A DNA stretch of 64,000 nucleotides, taken from contig NC_043010.1 in assembly GCF_006345805.1 (NCBI RefSeq), positions 65,906,001 through 65,970,000 on the forward strand, in the 5' to 3' direction. The notes under the pieces were generated by a model that was not told the DNA's origin, did not search any database, and saw only the letters and a list, made by a program, of their open reading frames with translations. The translations under genes were made by a program, and so were the position numbers. Source of the DNA: Octopus sinensis (lineage: Eukaryota). Of the stretch, positions 49,850 to 62,062 are shown one piece after another (within the stretch, counting starts at the first letter, position 1; each line of letters starts with the position of its first letter).

Positions 49850-50822
49850 CCCTTTCATTACCATATTTATTTTGAGGTGCTCTGAGTTTCTTTCAATTAC
49901 TTTAAATATAACAAAGAATTTAGTAAAATAACTTGGTTATCATTCAGCTAGTGTTAGGAACATAAATTGTGACTAAGGTTTGGTGGAAGATTTTAATTCA
50001 AAACTTATGAAAACAAGACATTTGCATTACAGAGCCGGTTTCAGCCAGGTTGGTATCAAAACGGTTAAGAATTGTTTCTCTATTATATATTTTAATCTTT
50101 TCTTAACTGTATTTATTTTGAGATGCTCTGAGTTTCTTTCAATTAATTTTAAATATAACAAAGAATTTAGTAAAATAACTTAGTTATCATTCAGCTAGTG
50201 TTAGGAACATAACTTGTGACTAAGGTTTGGTGGAAGATTTTAATTCAAAACTTATGAAAACAAGACATTTATACTACAGAGCCAGAGGCGGTTTCAGCCA
50301 GGTTGGTATCAAAAGGGTTAAGAATTGTTTCTCTATCATATATTTTAACCTTTTCTTAACTGTATTTATTTTGAGATGCTCTGAGTTTCTTTCAATTACT
50401 TTAAATATAACAAAAAATTTAGTAAAATAACTTAGTTATCATTAAGCTAGTGTTAGGAACATAAATTGTGACTAAGGTTTGGTGGAAGATTTTAATTCAA
50501 AACTTATGAAAACAAGACATTTGTATTACAGAGCCAGAGCCGGTTTCAGCTGGATTGCTATCAAAAGGGTTAAGAATTGTTTCTCTATTATATATTTTAA
50601 CCTTTTCTTAACTGTATTTATTTTGAGATGCTCTGAGTTTCTTTCTATTAATTTTAAATATAACAAAGAATTTAGTAAAATAACTTAGTTATCATTAAGC
50701 TAGTGTTAGGAACATAAATTGTGACTAAGGTTTGGTGGAAGATTTTAATTCAAAACTTATGAAAATGAAACATTTGTAGTACAGATCCAGAGCCAGTTTC
50801 AGCTGGGTTGGTAACCAAAGGG
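49850..50822. mobile_element. piggyBac-type MITE array (4 units)
   Basis: TTAA 49846-49 + CCCTTTC ... AAAGGG + TTAA 50823-26; same unit and spacer as 20147-21361. Confidence 0.75.
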
Positions 50823-50883
50823 TTAAATAATCCCTTCTCACATCTGCCATCGTAAATACTGACATGACTCTTAAGAAATTGTG

Positions 50884-51273
50884 ATGCGACTGAGTGGTAA
50901 GAAGCTTGCTTCCTAACCATATGGTTCTGGGTTCAGTTCCACTGTCTGACACTTTGGGCAAGTGTCTTCTACGATATAGCCTCAGGCTGACCAAAACCTT
51001 GTGAGTGGATTTGGTAGACAGAAACTGAAAGAATCCTGTTGTGTGTGTGTGTGTCTATGTTTGTCCTCCTCTATCGCATGACAACTGATATTGGTGTGTT
51101 CATGTCCCCATAACTTAGCAGTTCAGCAAAAGAGAATGATAGAATAAGTACCAGGCTTAGCAAAAATAAAAAATTCAGTACTGGGGTCAATTCATCCGAC
51201 TAAATATTCTTCGAGGTGGTGCCCCAGCATGGCCGCAATCTAATGACTGAAACAGGTAAAAGTATAAAGTATA
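50884..51273 (+). mobile_element. S1 SINE (older subfamily)
   Basis: Head, CORE-like segment and tail recognisable. Confidence 0.75.
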
Positions 51274-51600
51274 AAAAAAATAAAATAAAAATGAAATAAA
51301 ATATATTACCACATGAACCTACATGCGCACATGTGGCTTTGTGATAAGATATCCCTTAAAACATGCAGTCACTTGAGTATCAGCTAGATTGCTTTGTGGT
51401 AATCATTCTGGTTCTCTGTACTGTGAGTTCAAATCCCACTAAAGTCAGCTTTTTTTTTTCTAACCTTTCATCCTTTCATGGTTGCTAAATAGAATACCAG
51501 TCATATATTGCGGTCATTTCTTTTCCTTCTTCCACCTTTTCTTTCTGTCTGTCTCTCTTTCTGAAAGAAATCATTTGTTAAAATCAGCTCTAGAATGCAT

Positions 51601-52031
51601 TACTCTTTACTCTTTACTCTTTTACTTGTTTCAGTCATTTGACTGCGGCCATGCTGGAGCACCGCCTTTAGTCGAGCAAATCGACCCCGGGACTTATTCT
51701 TTGTAAGCCCAGTACTTATTTTATCGGTCTCTTTTGCCGAACCGCTAAGTGACGGGGACGTAAACACACCAGCATCGGTTGTGAAGCAATGCCAGGGGGA
51801 CAAACACAGACACACAAACACACACACACACATATATATATACATATATATATATATATACATATATACGACAAGCTTCTTTCAGTTTCCGTCTACCAAA
51901 TCCACTCACAAGGCATTGGTCGGCCCGGGGCTATAGCAGAAGACATTTGCCCAAGATGCCACGCAGTGGGATTGGAACCCGGAACCATGTGGTTTGTTAG
52001 CAAGCTACTTACCACACAGCCACTCCTGCGC
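51601..52031 (-). mobile_element. S1 SINE
   Basis: Matches S1 consensus. Confidence 0.85.
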
Positions 52032-52219
52032 ATTAGGGTCCTACTAAATCTAAAAATGTCATTATAACATCACTATGACCCCTTTCAAAGAACTCAAAGC
52101 ACAAACCAAGACAATGATCCATTTACCCATAATTCAACACACCCCAGCAAGTATTTTATCCCTGTCCCTTGTTTCCGTTCATCTAAAAGGTTTTTCTTTT
52201 CTGCTCATATCTTACCCAG

Positions 52220-52322
52220 GGAGATGTTCTATGTGGGTAAAAGCAGCGGCAGTTGGCAGGAGCTGAAGGAATTTTACCTGACTTTATTTGAATCATTTGA
52301 AAATATTGTGTTTGTATTAAAG
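52220..52322 (+). CDS. HECTD2: HECTD2-like exon
   Basis: cttacccAG / aag|GTAAGT; REMFYVGKSSGSWQELKEFYLTLFESFENIVFVLK resembles recalled human KSSGDWKAVHDFYLTTFDSF. Confidence 0.9.
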
Positions 52323-52482
52323 GTAAGTTTTATAGAAATAAATTACAAAGATCCACTTCTATTTAGTTTTCTGTGAGATTGAACCCAGGAGGGTCATTTT
52401 GGAAGATTGTGGTTTGAATTAAACAAACAGGTTTCATTATCAACTATAATAATATTCTTGGGTTTTTTTCTGTCATAACATG

Positions 52483-53193
52483 AATGAGAAAGGAAGGGGT
52501 GATAGATGAATAAGGAAGGGAGAGGTGATAGATGAATAAGGAAGGAAGGGGTGATAGATGAATAAGGAAGGAAGGGGTGATAGATGAATAAGGAAGGAAG
52601 GGGTGATAGATGAACAAGGAAGGGAGAGGTGATAGATGAATAAGGAAGGGAGGGGTGATAGATGAATAAGGAAGGAAGGGGTGATAGATGAACAAGGAAG
52701 GGAGAGGTGATAGATGAAGAAGGAAGGGAGGGGTGATAGATGAATAAGGAAGGGAGAGGTGATAGATGAATAAGGAAGGGAGAGGTGATAGATGAATAAG
52801 GAAGGGAGGGGTGATAGATGAATAAGAAAGGGAGGGGTGATAGATGAATAAGGAAGGGAGAGGTGATAGATGAATAAGAAAGGGAGGGGTGATAGATGAA
52901 TAAGGGAGGGGGTGATAGATGAATAAGAAAGGGAGGGGTGATAGATGAATAAGGAAGGGAGAGGTGATAGATGAATAAGAAAGGGAGGGGTGATAGATGA
53001 ATAAGGAAGGGAGGGGTGATAGATGAATAAGGAAGGGAGGGGTGATAGATGAATAAGGAAGGGAGAGGTGATAGATGAATAAGGAAGGGAGGGGTGATAC
53101 ATGAATAAGGAAGGGAGGGGTGATAGATGAATAAGGAAGGGAGGGGTGATAGATGAATAAGGAAGGGAGGGGTGATAGATGAATAAGGAAGGG
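52483..53193. repeat. 26-bp purine-rich minisatellite (~27 units)
   Basis: gatagatgaataaggaagggaggggt period 26. Confidence 0.95.
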
Positions 53194-53471
53194 CAGGGGG
53201 ATGGCAAACTGGAAGTGGGATGATAGAAATTCTATGGGGAAAAAAAGAATGTAACAGCGTTTCAACTCTATGTATGTATATGTGTGTGTATGTAAAAGGG
53301 AGGTATGTGAATGTGTGTGTGTGTGTGTGCAATGGAAGTGGGATGGTGAACATTCAATGCTGAAAAGAAAAGTCAAACAGCGTTTCAACTCTGTGTGAGT
53401 ATATGTGTGTATGTGTGAGTGTGTGTGAGTGTGTATATGTGTGTGTTTGAGTGTATGTGTGTACAAGGGAA

Positions 53472-53547
<76 letters not shown>

Positions 53548-53606
53548 AGAATAGGGATTCAAAAGAAACAACGGAGGTCCTGCCATGAAATCTTCTGGAG
53601 TGTAGT

Positions 53607-53989
53607 CTCTTTTACTCTTTTACTCTTTTACTTGTTTCAGTCATATGACTGCGGCCATGCTGGAGCACTGCCTTTAATCAAGCAACTCGACCCCAGTACT
53701 TATTCTTTTGTAAGCCCAGTACTTATTCTATCGACCTCTTTTGCCGAACCGCTAAGTAACGGGGACATAAACACACCAGCATCGGTTGTCAAGCAATGCT
53801 AGGGGGACAAACACAGACACACAAACACACACACGTATATATATATATATATATACATATATACGATGGGCTTCTTTCAGTTTCCGTCTACCAAATCCAC
53901 TCACAAGGCTTTGGTCGGCCCGAGGCTATAGTAGAAGACACTTGCCCTAGGTGCCATGCAGTGGGACTGAACCCACACAGCCACTCCTG
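53607..53989 (-). mobile_element. S1 SINE
   Basis: Matches S1 consensus. Confidence 0.85.
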
Positions 53990-54056
53990 TTCATTATGTT
54001 ACAACACTGCTATATTTATGAGTATATCTATCAATCTATCTATCTAGCTAGCTATT

Positions 54057-54087
<31 letters not shown>

Positions 54088-54159
54088 TGTGTGTGTGTGT
54101 GCGTGTGTGTGTGTGTGTGAAGATAGATAAATAGATAGATACACACACACACATGTCTG

Positions 54160-54547
54160 TGTCATTCCATACCTGCACTCATTGTTCAGAAAATACAAAA
54201 CATAAGAAAACAGCATAGCTCCCATGACTTCAGGAAACATTTTTCACGCTGAGAGTTGCTGAAGCATGGAACAAACTGCCGGCATCGATTGTTAGTTGTC
54301 GGAGCACTGCATCCTTCAAAACTTCCATGCTTCCTGAGATTCGCCAACACTACACTCGATTTTCTCCCTCCATACACACACAAGCATGTATCTGACTCAT
54401 ACATTGTTCACTTTCCAGACACTTCTACATTGCTGCATGTACTTTATATGCACTTTCTGACAAGTTGTGGTGCACCTGAGCACTGTATACAATAATTTCA
54501 TTATTATTATTATTATTATAAAATAAATAAATAAATAAATAAATAAA
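54160..54547 (+). mobile_element. CR1-like LINE 3' remnant with (ATT)/(AAAT) tail
   Basis: With one frameshift reads HDFRKHFFTLRVAEAWNKLPASIVSCRSTASFK, a typical CR1 ORF2 end. Confidence 0.7.
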
Positions 54548-54774
54548 TCTACAAAGATGAAAGGACTAAATACTCTCGTTTGTCATTCTACTATTGCCAC
54601 CAAAAATATAAACCCCCTTGTCCCCAGTCACTGTTGCTTACTCATTCTTTCTTTTCTCTCCATGCTACCACCACCACCAACACCACCAACACCACCAACA
54701 CCATCGCCACTTCAATGCCACCACCTCCACCATCAATGCTATCACCACCACTGCGGCAATGACAATCATAACAG

Positions 54775-54870
54775 GAAAAGGATCAAGATGAAAAGAAGTT
54801 TTCCAACGTCAAAGGAACCTGTTTGGACCAAGATATGATTGATGTCACATACGACCTTCTTTCTGACTTG
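54775..54870 (+). CDS. HECTD2: HECTD2-like exon
   Basis: cataacAG / ttg|GTGTGT; 96 nt phase 0-0; EKDQDEKKFSNVKGTCLDQDMIDVTYDLLSDL fills the ~30-aa gap expected from recalled human sequence (..VNAVYDTLLNT). Confidence 0.8.
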
Positions 54871-55206
54871 GTGTGTGGGTAACGCACTTCATTTAATCTT
54901 TTTGTCTTTCTTTCTTAACAATTCTCGTTCCTCTCTCTCTTTTTCTCTCTCCCCTTCTGTCTCTCCTTTTCTCTCCTCCCACTCCTTCCCTCCCTCTCTC
55001 TATCTCCATCTAACTATCTATCAATTTATTTCTCTCTCTCTCTCTGTATATATATATATATTATATAACTGCCATCTCTGAAGAGTACAAGGTTACATAA
55101 CCGGGATGTTATCTAACATCTCATTGAACCCCTAATGTAAAAGCAATTGGTAAGATCAGCTGTACTGGATATATAATTCTGTATACTTTGATTAATATAG
55201 ATATAT

Positions 55207-55260
<54 letters not shown>

Positions 55261-55625
55261 CTTTCTCACTCTCTGCTTCTCTGTTAATTGTTTCTTTTAT
55301 TTTTTCCACCTTTCTATCATACATGCATCTGTCTCTTGCTTTCCTCCTACACAGATACAAATACACACACACACATACACACACTCACACACACATACAT
55401 ATACATACATACACACAAACACTCACACACACACATACATATACTTACATACACACACACACTCACACACATACATATACATACATACACACACACTCAC
55501 ACACACACATACATATACATACATACACATACATACACACACACGCATGAACACGTATGCTTATTTATACATACATTATATATATGAGTGTTTGTGTGCA
55601 TGTGTATGCATATATCAGAGTCTGT

Positions 55626-56404
55626 ATGTAAATGTGTATGTGTCTTTAAATGTAAATGTGTATGTGCCTTTAAATGTAAATGTGTATGTGTCTTTAAATG
55701 TAAATGTGTATGTGTCTTTAAATGTAAATGTGTATGTGCCTTTAAATGTAAATGTGTATGTGTCTTTAAATGTAAATGTGTATGTGTCTTTAAATGTAAA
55801 TGTGTATGTGTCTTTAAATGTAAATGTGTATGTGTCTTTAAATGTAAATGTGTATGTGCTTTAAATGTAAATGTGTATGTGTCTTTAATGTAAATGGTAT
55901 GTGTCTTTAAATGTAAATGTGTATGTGTCTTTAAATGTAAATGTGTATGTGTCTTTAAATGTAAATGTGTATGTGTCTTTAAATGTAAATGGTATGTGCC
56001 TTAAATGTAAATGTGTATGTGGTCTTTAAATGTAAATGTGTATGTGTCTTTAAATGTAAATATGTATGTGTCTTTAAATGTAAATGTGTAGTGTCTTTAA
56101 TGTAAATGTGTATGTGTCTTTAAATGTAAATGTGTATGTGCCTTTAAATGTAAATGTGTAGTGTCTTTAAATGTAAATGTGTAGTGTCTTTAAATGTAAA
56201 TGTGTATGTGTCTTCAAATTAAATGTGTATGTGTCTTTAAATGTAATGTGTATGTGTCTTTAAATGTAAATGTGTATGTGTCTTTAAATGTAAATGTGTA
56301 TGTGTCTTTAAATGTAAATGTGTATGTGTCTTTAAATGTAAATGTGTATGTGTCTTTAAATGTAAATGTGTATGTGCCTTTAAATGTAAATGTGTATGTG
56401 TCTT
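55626..56404. repeat. 24-bp minisatellite (~32 units)
   Basis: tttaaatgtaaatgtgtatgtgtc period 24. Confidence 0.95.
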
Positions 56405-56445
56405 TGTGTGCGTACAACTTACTTGTATCTCTTTATTATTTACAG

Positions 56446-56507
56446 CCAACAGATCTGCAGAAATTAATCCTGAAGTCCATCATAAGTTGTCTGTTGAAAG
56501 ATAGAAG
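56446..56507 (+). CDS. HECTD2: HECTD2-like exon
   Basis: tattatttacAG / ag|GTAAGT; PTDLQKLILKSIISCLLKDR vs recalled human PQDVQKTVLKGIINSLLRE. Confidence 0.9.
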
Positions 56508-57582
56508 GTAAGTGTACAGTGTGTCCTCGCTGTGGGGTGACAGGGTCGACCAAAGTATGAGAAGGGCTGTGATGCCAATTCTGATTGTTATTACTGGTAT
56601 GTTGCTTCTGTGGTCATCATCGGTGATGGTACCGCATAAAGTGTTGGCACCATGTGAAAAGCACACGGTACACTCTGTAAAATGCTCAGCATTAGGATGG
56701 GCCTCCAGCTGTAGAAATGGAGCCAAGACTGACTATAGAACCTGGTGTGGCTCCTGGCCCCTGGTCTTGCCAGTTCCTGTCAAGCTGTCTCAACCCATGC
56801 CAGCATGGAAAGTGAATGTTAAATGATGATGACGGTAGTGGTGGTGGTAGTGGTGGTGGTGGTGGTGTGGTGGTAATGATGATGATGATGACGACGACGA
56901 CGATGATGATGATGACGACGATGATGATGATGATGACGACGATGATGATGATGATGACAATTATGATGACGATGATGACAACGACGATGACAACAACAAT
57001 GATGACGATCATGATGATGATGACAATTATGATGATGGCAACGACGATGGCAACAATGATGATGATGATGATGATGATGACAATTATGATGACGACGATG
57101 ACAACGACGACAACGACGACAACGACGACAACGGAGATAACAACAATGATGATGATGATGACAATTATGATGATGACAACGACAACGACGACAATGATGA
57201 TGATGATGATGATGATGATGCACAGTTATCTGCAAAATGGTCAAATCAATTTAAGCAACACGAAAAACCTGAAATATTATCCATTTTGTTTAGTGCTTTC
57301 AGCGGTCAACACACAAACAAACTTTGCTTTTTATAAAAGTAGAGAAGAGATACACACACACACACATTCACATACATACACACACACACACTCACACACA
57401 TACACACACACACACACACACTCACACATACACACACACACACACATACACACACTCACACACACACTCACACACACTCACACACACTCACACACACACA
57501 CTCACACACACACACACACACACACACACAAATAAATATGACCCTTAATCTCTGTTTTCTATTTTTGGTATTTTTCACCCAG

Positions 57583-57628
57583 AATCCACAGCATCGATGA
57601 TCTAAAAGCTTACTTTGTCCTTCTCCAG
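57583..57628 (+). CDS. HECTD2: HECTD2-like exon
   Basis: tttttcacccAG / cag|GTGAGT; RIHSIDDLKAYFVLLQ vs recalled human TKDDLRAYFILLQ. Confidence 0.92.
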
Positions 57629-59123
57629 GTGAGTACATTCATGTTTAGAAGCCAACTCCTTCAAACAACACACTAATGTAATGTTCTTAGTATTGTTAAT
57701 GTTACCTGTACTTTAATGCTAATGCTAATGTCAGTGTTGTTGTTGGGGGTCGGGCGTAAACTTGGTCAGTTCTACTGGATGAAACTTATTTCACCACCCC
57801 ATAGGTAGCTGACTGTATGTCCAGGTACCACCCCTTCAATTCAGTACTAAATATTTCATTCTCACATCCTGCTAATAACTGTTAATGTGCAAAACTTTGA
57901 TCTATGTAGATGGCATCAAGGTTTCTATTGTTTGACCTATGTTCAAGAGTGACCATCCTTTCTTATTTTAGGTCATACCAGGGTTTTCTGAAAATCTGCC
58001 CAGGGATTTTAAATGGAAAATTCTATTTTACCAAACTATTTTTTGGCTTAAGTAACTGCCCACCTATAATAAGTGCCCATGGGCAGTAATATGGATGTTT
58101 AATAGCACTCAATTTTTCACTAATGTCATATGATTGTTCAACACATTTTGATGTATTTTCTTTTGACTCCATTATTGAGAATAATAAATCCTTTGAATTT
58201 ATCTACAGATGTAGAGCAAATGAGCATCTAAGCAGAATGCAAACAAGAACACTATGTTCCAACTTTTAACCACAAATAACTGCCCATCCAAATAAATGCC
58301 CATGGGCGATCTAATGGATGGGTGGATTTTGGCGATCTAATGGATGGGCGGATTTTCGGAAAACCCCAGTACTTTTATAGAATTATTTTCATAGACTTAT
58401 ATGTTTGTATATTCAGACACAGAGATACCTCACTCAATGATGTCAACACCTGTTCTTATGCTGACACTGTGATGTCCACATTTAATTTTTATAGACACTT
58501 CAGTCATTGGTGTAGACATTTGCCCATATATTGACACTATGATATTGACACATTGTATGGACAACTATCCCAGAGGTGTTGTCACCCTTCTTCATGCCAA
58601 CATTGTGACATCAACAGTAATTTGTAGACACTTCACTCAATAATGTTGACAGCAACCCATTAGTTGAAACTGGGATATTTATCAATACAGTGATATTGAC
58701 ATTCAATTTGTGTAGACACTGCACTGAATGATGTTGACATCTGCCCTTGTGTCAACTCTATGAAGTCAACATCTAATTTGTATAGACACCCCATTTAGTG
58801 ATGTAGACACCTGCCCATTGGTTGACACTATGACGTTGACACTGTGTCACCTGCATATTGTGTTCTCATCTCTGAGGATCTGACTCAGTTGACGGTTCAT
58901 GTTGGTCAGCCTCATGCCACATGGTCATGGAAGATATGGAAGCATCTTGCAGATATAAGGACACCAACTGGGACACTGATCAGAGAGAAGCCCAGGGTGA
59001 GCTGAACAAACACTGAAAAATTATGGATGCAGCAATCCACTGCAACTGCACATGCCCTCTACCTGACCTCACCTGACCTGATTTAACTTTCACTCAGTGA
59101 TGTTGAAACCTGCCCTTATACCC

Positions 59124-59353
59124 TTTACTTTTTTACTCTTTTACTTCTTTCAGTCATTTGACTGCGGCCATACTGGAGCACTGCCTTTAGTTGAGCAAAT
59201 CCGCCCCAGGACTTATTCTTTTGTAAGCCTAGTACTTATTCTATCCGTCTCTTTTGCCGAACCACTAAGTTACGGGGACGTAAACACACTGCCATCAGTT
59301 GTCAAGCAATGATGGGGGGACAAACACAGACACACAAACATATACACATAGAT

Positions 59354-59420
<67 letters not shown>

Positions 59421-59558
59421 TATGACGGGCTTCTTTCAGTTTCCGTCTATCAAATCCACTCACAAGGCTTTGGTCGGCTCAAGGCTATAGTAGTGGGACT
59501 GAACCCGGAACCATGTGGCTGGTAAGCAAGCTACTTACCACACAGCCACTCCTGCACC
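59124..59558 (-). mobile_element. S1 SINE inserted in an old degenerate repeat
   Basis: Matches S1 consensus. Confidence 0.85.
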
Positions 59559-60324
59559 TATTTTTGCACCCACTTTGCATAGAGACCTCACTCAATGATG
59601 TTGACACCACTTTAATGTTGACACTTTAATTAGTATCAATACCACACTCAATGATCTTGACATCTGTCCATACATTGACACCATAAACATTGACACTGTA
59701 ATAGTGACGCTCTGTATTGTCACCTCATTCAATGACATTGACACTCGTCACCTTTAATCTTTAATGAATATCTTTTATGTTCAGTTTAAGTTTTCTCCAA
59801 GTAATCTCTTCGTCGTTCTTCTGTCTTCTCTTGGCCAGTAAGTCCCTTTTGATGTATATCACCCATGACCACTACCGACACCCTCCATCATCGTTACTAA
59901 TTAGTACATTATTGATTTAGTGTCAGCTTTGTTAGTGTTAGTGTCATTGCTGGCTAAATCTCCACCCCGTCGCTATCGTCACACACCCACTTCCATCTCA
60001 TCTACTACCACTACCACTGTTTCTTTCGACACTACCACTACTATTAATATCACTCTGCCACCACCACCACCACCACCACCACCATCATCATTTCAACTAC
60101 CTGAAATACCTCCACCTACAATACAACCATACACATACACACATGCACACACACACGCACTCCCCTCTCTCCTTTTCTCCCCTCTCTCTCTCTCTCTCTC
60201 TCTTTCACTCTCTCTCACTGTCTCTCTCTCTGTCTTTGACTCTCTTATTTACTCTCTATTACACTCTAATACATTCTCCATCACACTCCCTGGCAATTTT
60301 CTCCCATTTATATATTTTTGACAG

Positions 60325-60434
60325 AATCCTCTATTTGAGTCCAGCACAACAATGGGGATATTTGCCCATCTTCTGCGCCAAATTGCTGCCTTGTCTGATC
60401 AAGATCACCATTATCTGGTACACTGGATCAAAGA
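60325..60434 (+). CDS. HECTD2: HECTD2-like exon
   Basis: tttttgacAG / ga|GTAAGT; NPLFESSTTMGIFAHLLRQIAALSDQDHHYLVHWIK vs recalled human NPQF...YAHLLRQIATLVEADHHFLVHWFK. Confidence 0.95.
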
Positions 60435-60446
60435 GTAAGTATCTGA

Positions 60447-60935
60447 TAAAACCCTATACAATTCTAGTCACAAAACCCTATACAACTCTGTCATAAAACC
60501 CCATATATTTCTACTCACACAACCCCTTACAATTCTTGTCACTAAACCCCTTACAATTTCAGTCACAAAACCCTATACAACTCTGTCATAAAACCCCATA
60601 TATTTCTACTCACACAACCCCTTACAATTCTTGTCACTAAACCCCTTACAATTTCAGTCACAAAACCCTATACAACTCTGTCATAAAACCCCATATATTT
60701 CTAGTCACACAAACCCTTACAATTCTTGTCACTAAACCCCTTACAATTTCAGTCACAAAACCCTATACAACTCTGTCATAAAACCCCATATATTTCTAGT
60801 CACACAAACCCTTACAATTCTTGTCACTAAACCCCTTACAATTCTAGTAACAAAACCCTATACAACTCTAATCACACAATCCCTTACAATTCTTGTCACT
60901 AAGCCCCATATATTTTAGTAACCAAAACCCCCATG
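60447..60935. repeat. 95-bp higher-order repeat built of four ~24-bp monomers
   Basis: caactctgtcataaaacccc at 60483, 60578, 60673, 60768. Confidence 0.9.
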
Positions 60936-61285
60936 TTTAAAATCAAGAAACCCCTATGTTTTTTATCAGTAAAATAAAGTACCAGTCATGTACTGGGGTG
61001 TGATAAATAAAGAGTAACAGAATTATCAAAGTTGAACAAAGTGCCAGGCAGTGTTTGTTGTGGGTCTCTGTATTCTTTGGGTGGAATATTTCAGCCATTT
61101 CCTAGTTTAATAGTCACCTGTCACATAGAATGTATTTAGCAGGGTCTATTCTGTCGCAAACATTTGGGGCCAAGTCTCTGGTCTGAGGAGACATTCTTCT
61201 ATCCACCCCACCACATGGTTGAAGAGCAAACTTTTAAACCACGCAACCAAGATTGTAAGTCTGTGCTTATGTTTATTAATACATA

Positions 61286-61365
<80 letters not shown>

Positions 61366-61953
61366 TGTGTCTGTGTGTGCAGTATACTTTTTAAAATAAG
61401 AAAATGGATAAAAATTTACGTACAGATGTTTTTATATAAAGACATTCAAATTCCTACTTAGAATTTCCACCTACAGCTGTTTCTATACCCAATTCTTAAT
61501 TTCCATATTCGAAACCAGTGAGTTAGGTACATCCTCAGGGAGAATTTCAAAAGGAAGTCTTTTAACACCATGTAAGCTAACCTACAACAAACTCAGAAGT
61601 CTGTGCTTTTTTTTTTCAAATGCAAGCCTTCTGTAGAAACCATCATTACCACATATATACACACATTTAACGCATCTTTGGTCATGGCAATATGATACAC
61701 AATAGTCACATTGATGGTGTCATGATAGATAAGATTTAGACATTATTGAGTGAAAAAGAAAATGACAGATAAAACTAGTGAATGGGGGAGAACACTATAG
61801 ATCAATTGTTAAGGAGAGAGCAGCTAGACCCGCCAATTCATTGTGCATCTGTTTGTCAATAATACTACAGATTAACTTATGTGTGTGTGTGTGTGTATGT
61901 GTGTGTGTGTGTATGTGTGTGTGTAGGTGTGTGTGTGTGTGTAGGTGTGTGTG

Positions 61954-61995
<42 letters not shown>

Positions 61996-62009
61996 ATATA
62001 TATATACAT

Positions 62010-62060
<51 letters not shown>

Positions 62061-62062
62061 TA

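Noticed and set aside
54190-54252. In-frame alternative terminal exon for HECTD2 (KIQNIRKQ...FSR-stop) with downstream AATAAA
   Set aside because: The sequence is a CR1 ORF2 3' remnant and the AATAAA run is its tail; exonisation is possible but unsupported
52394-56511. Repetitive ORFs (HLSPLPSLFIY..., LNVNVYVS...)
   Set aside because: Translations of the 26-bp and 24-bp intronic minisatellites
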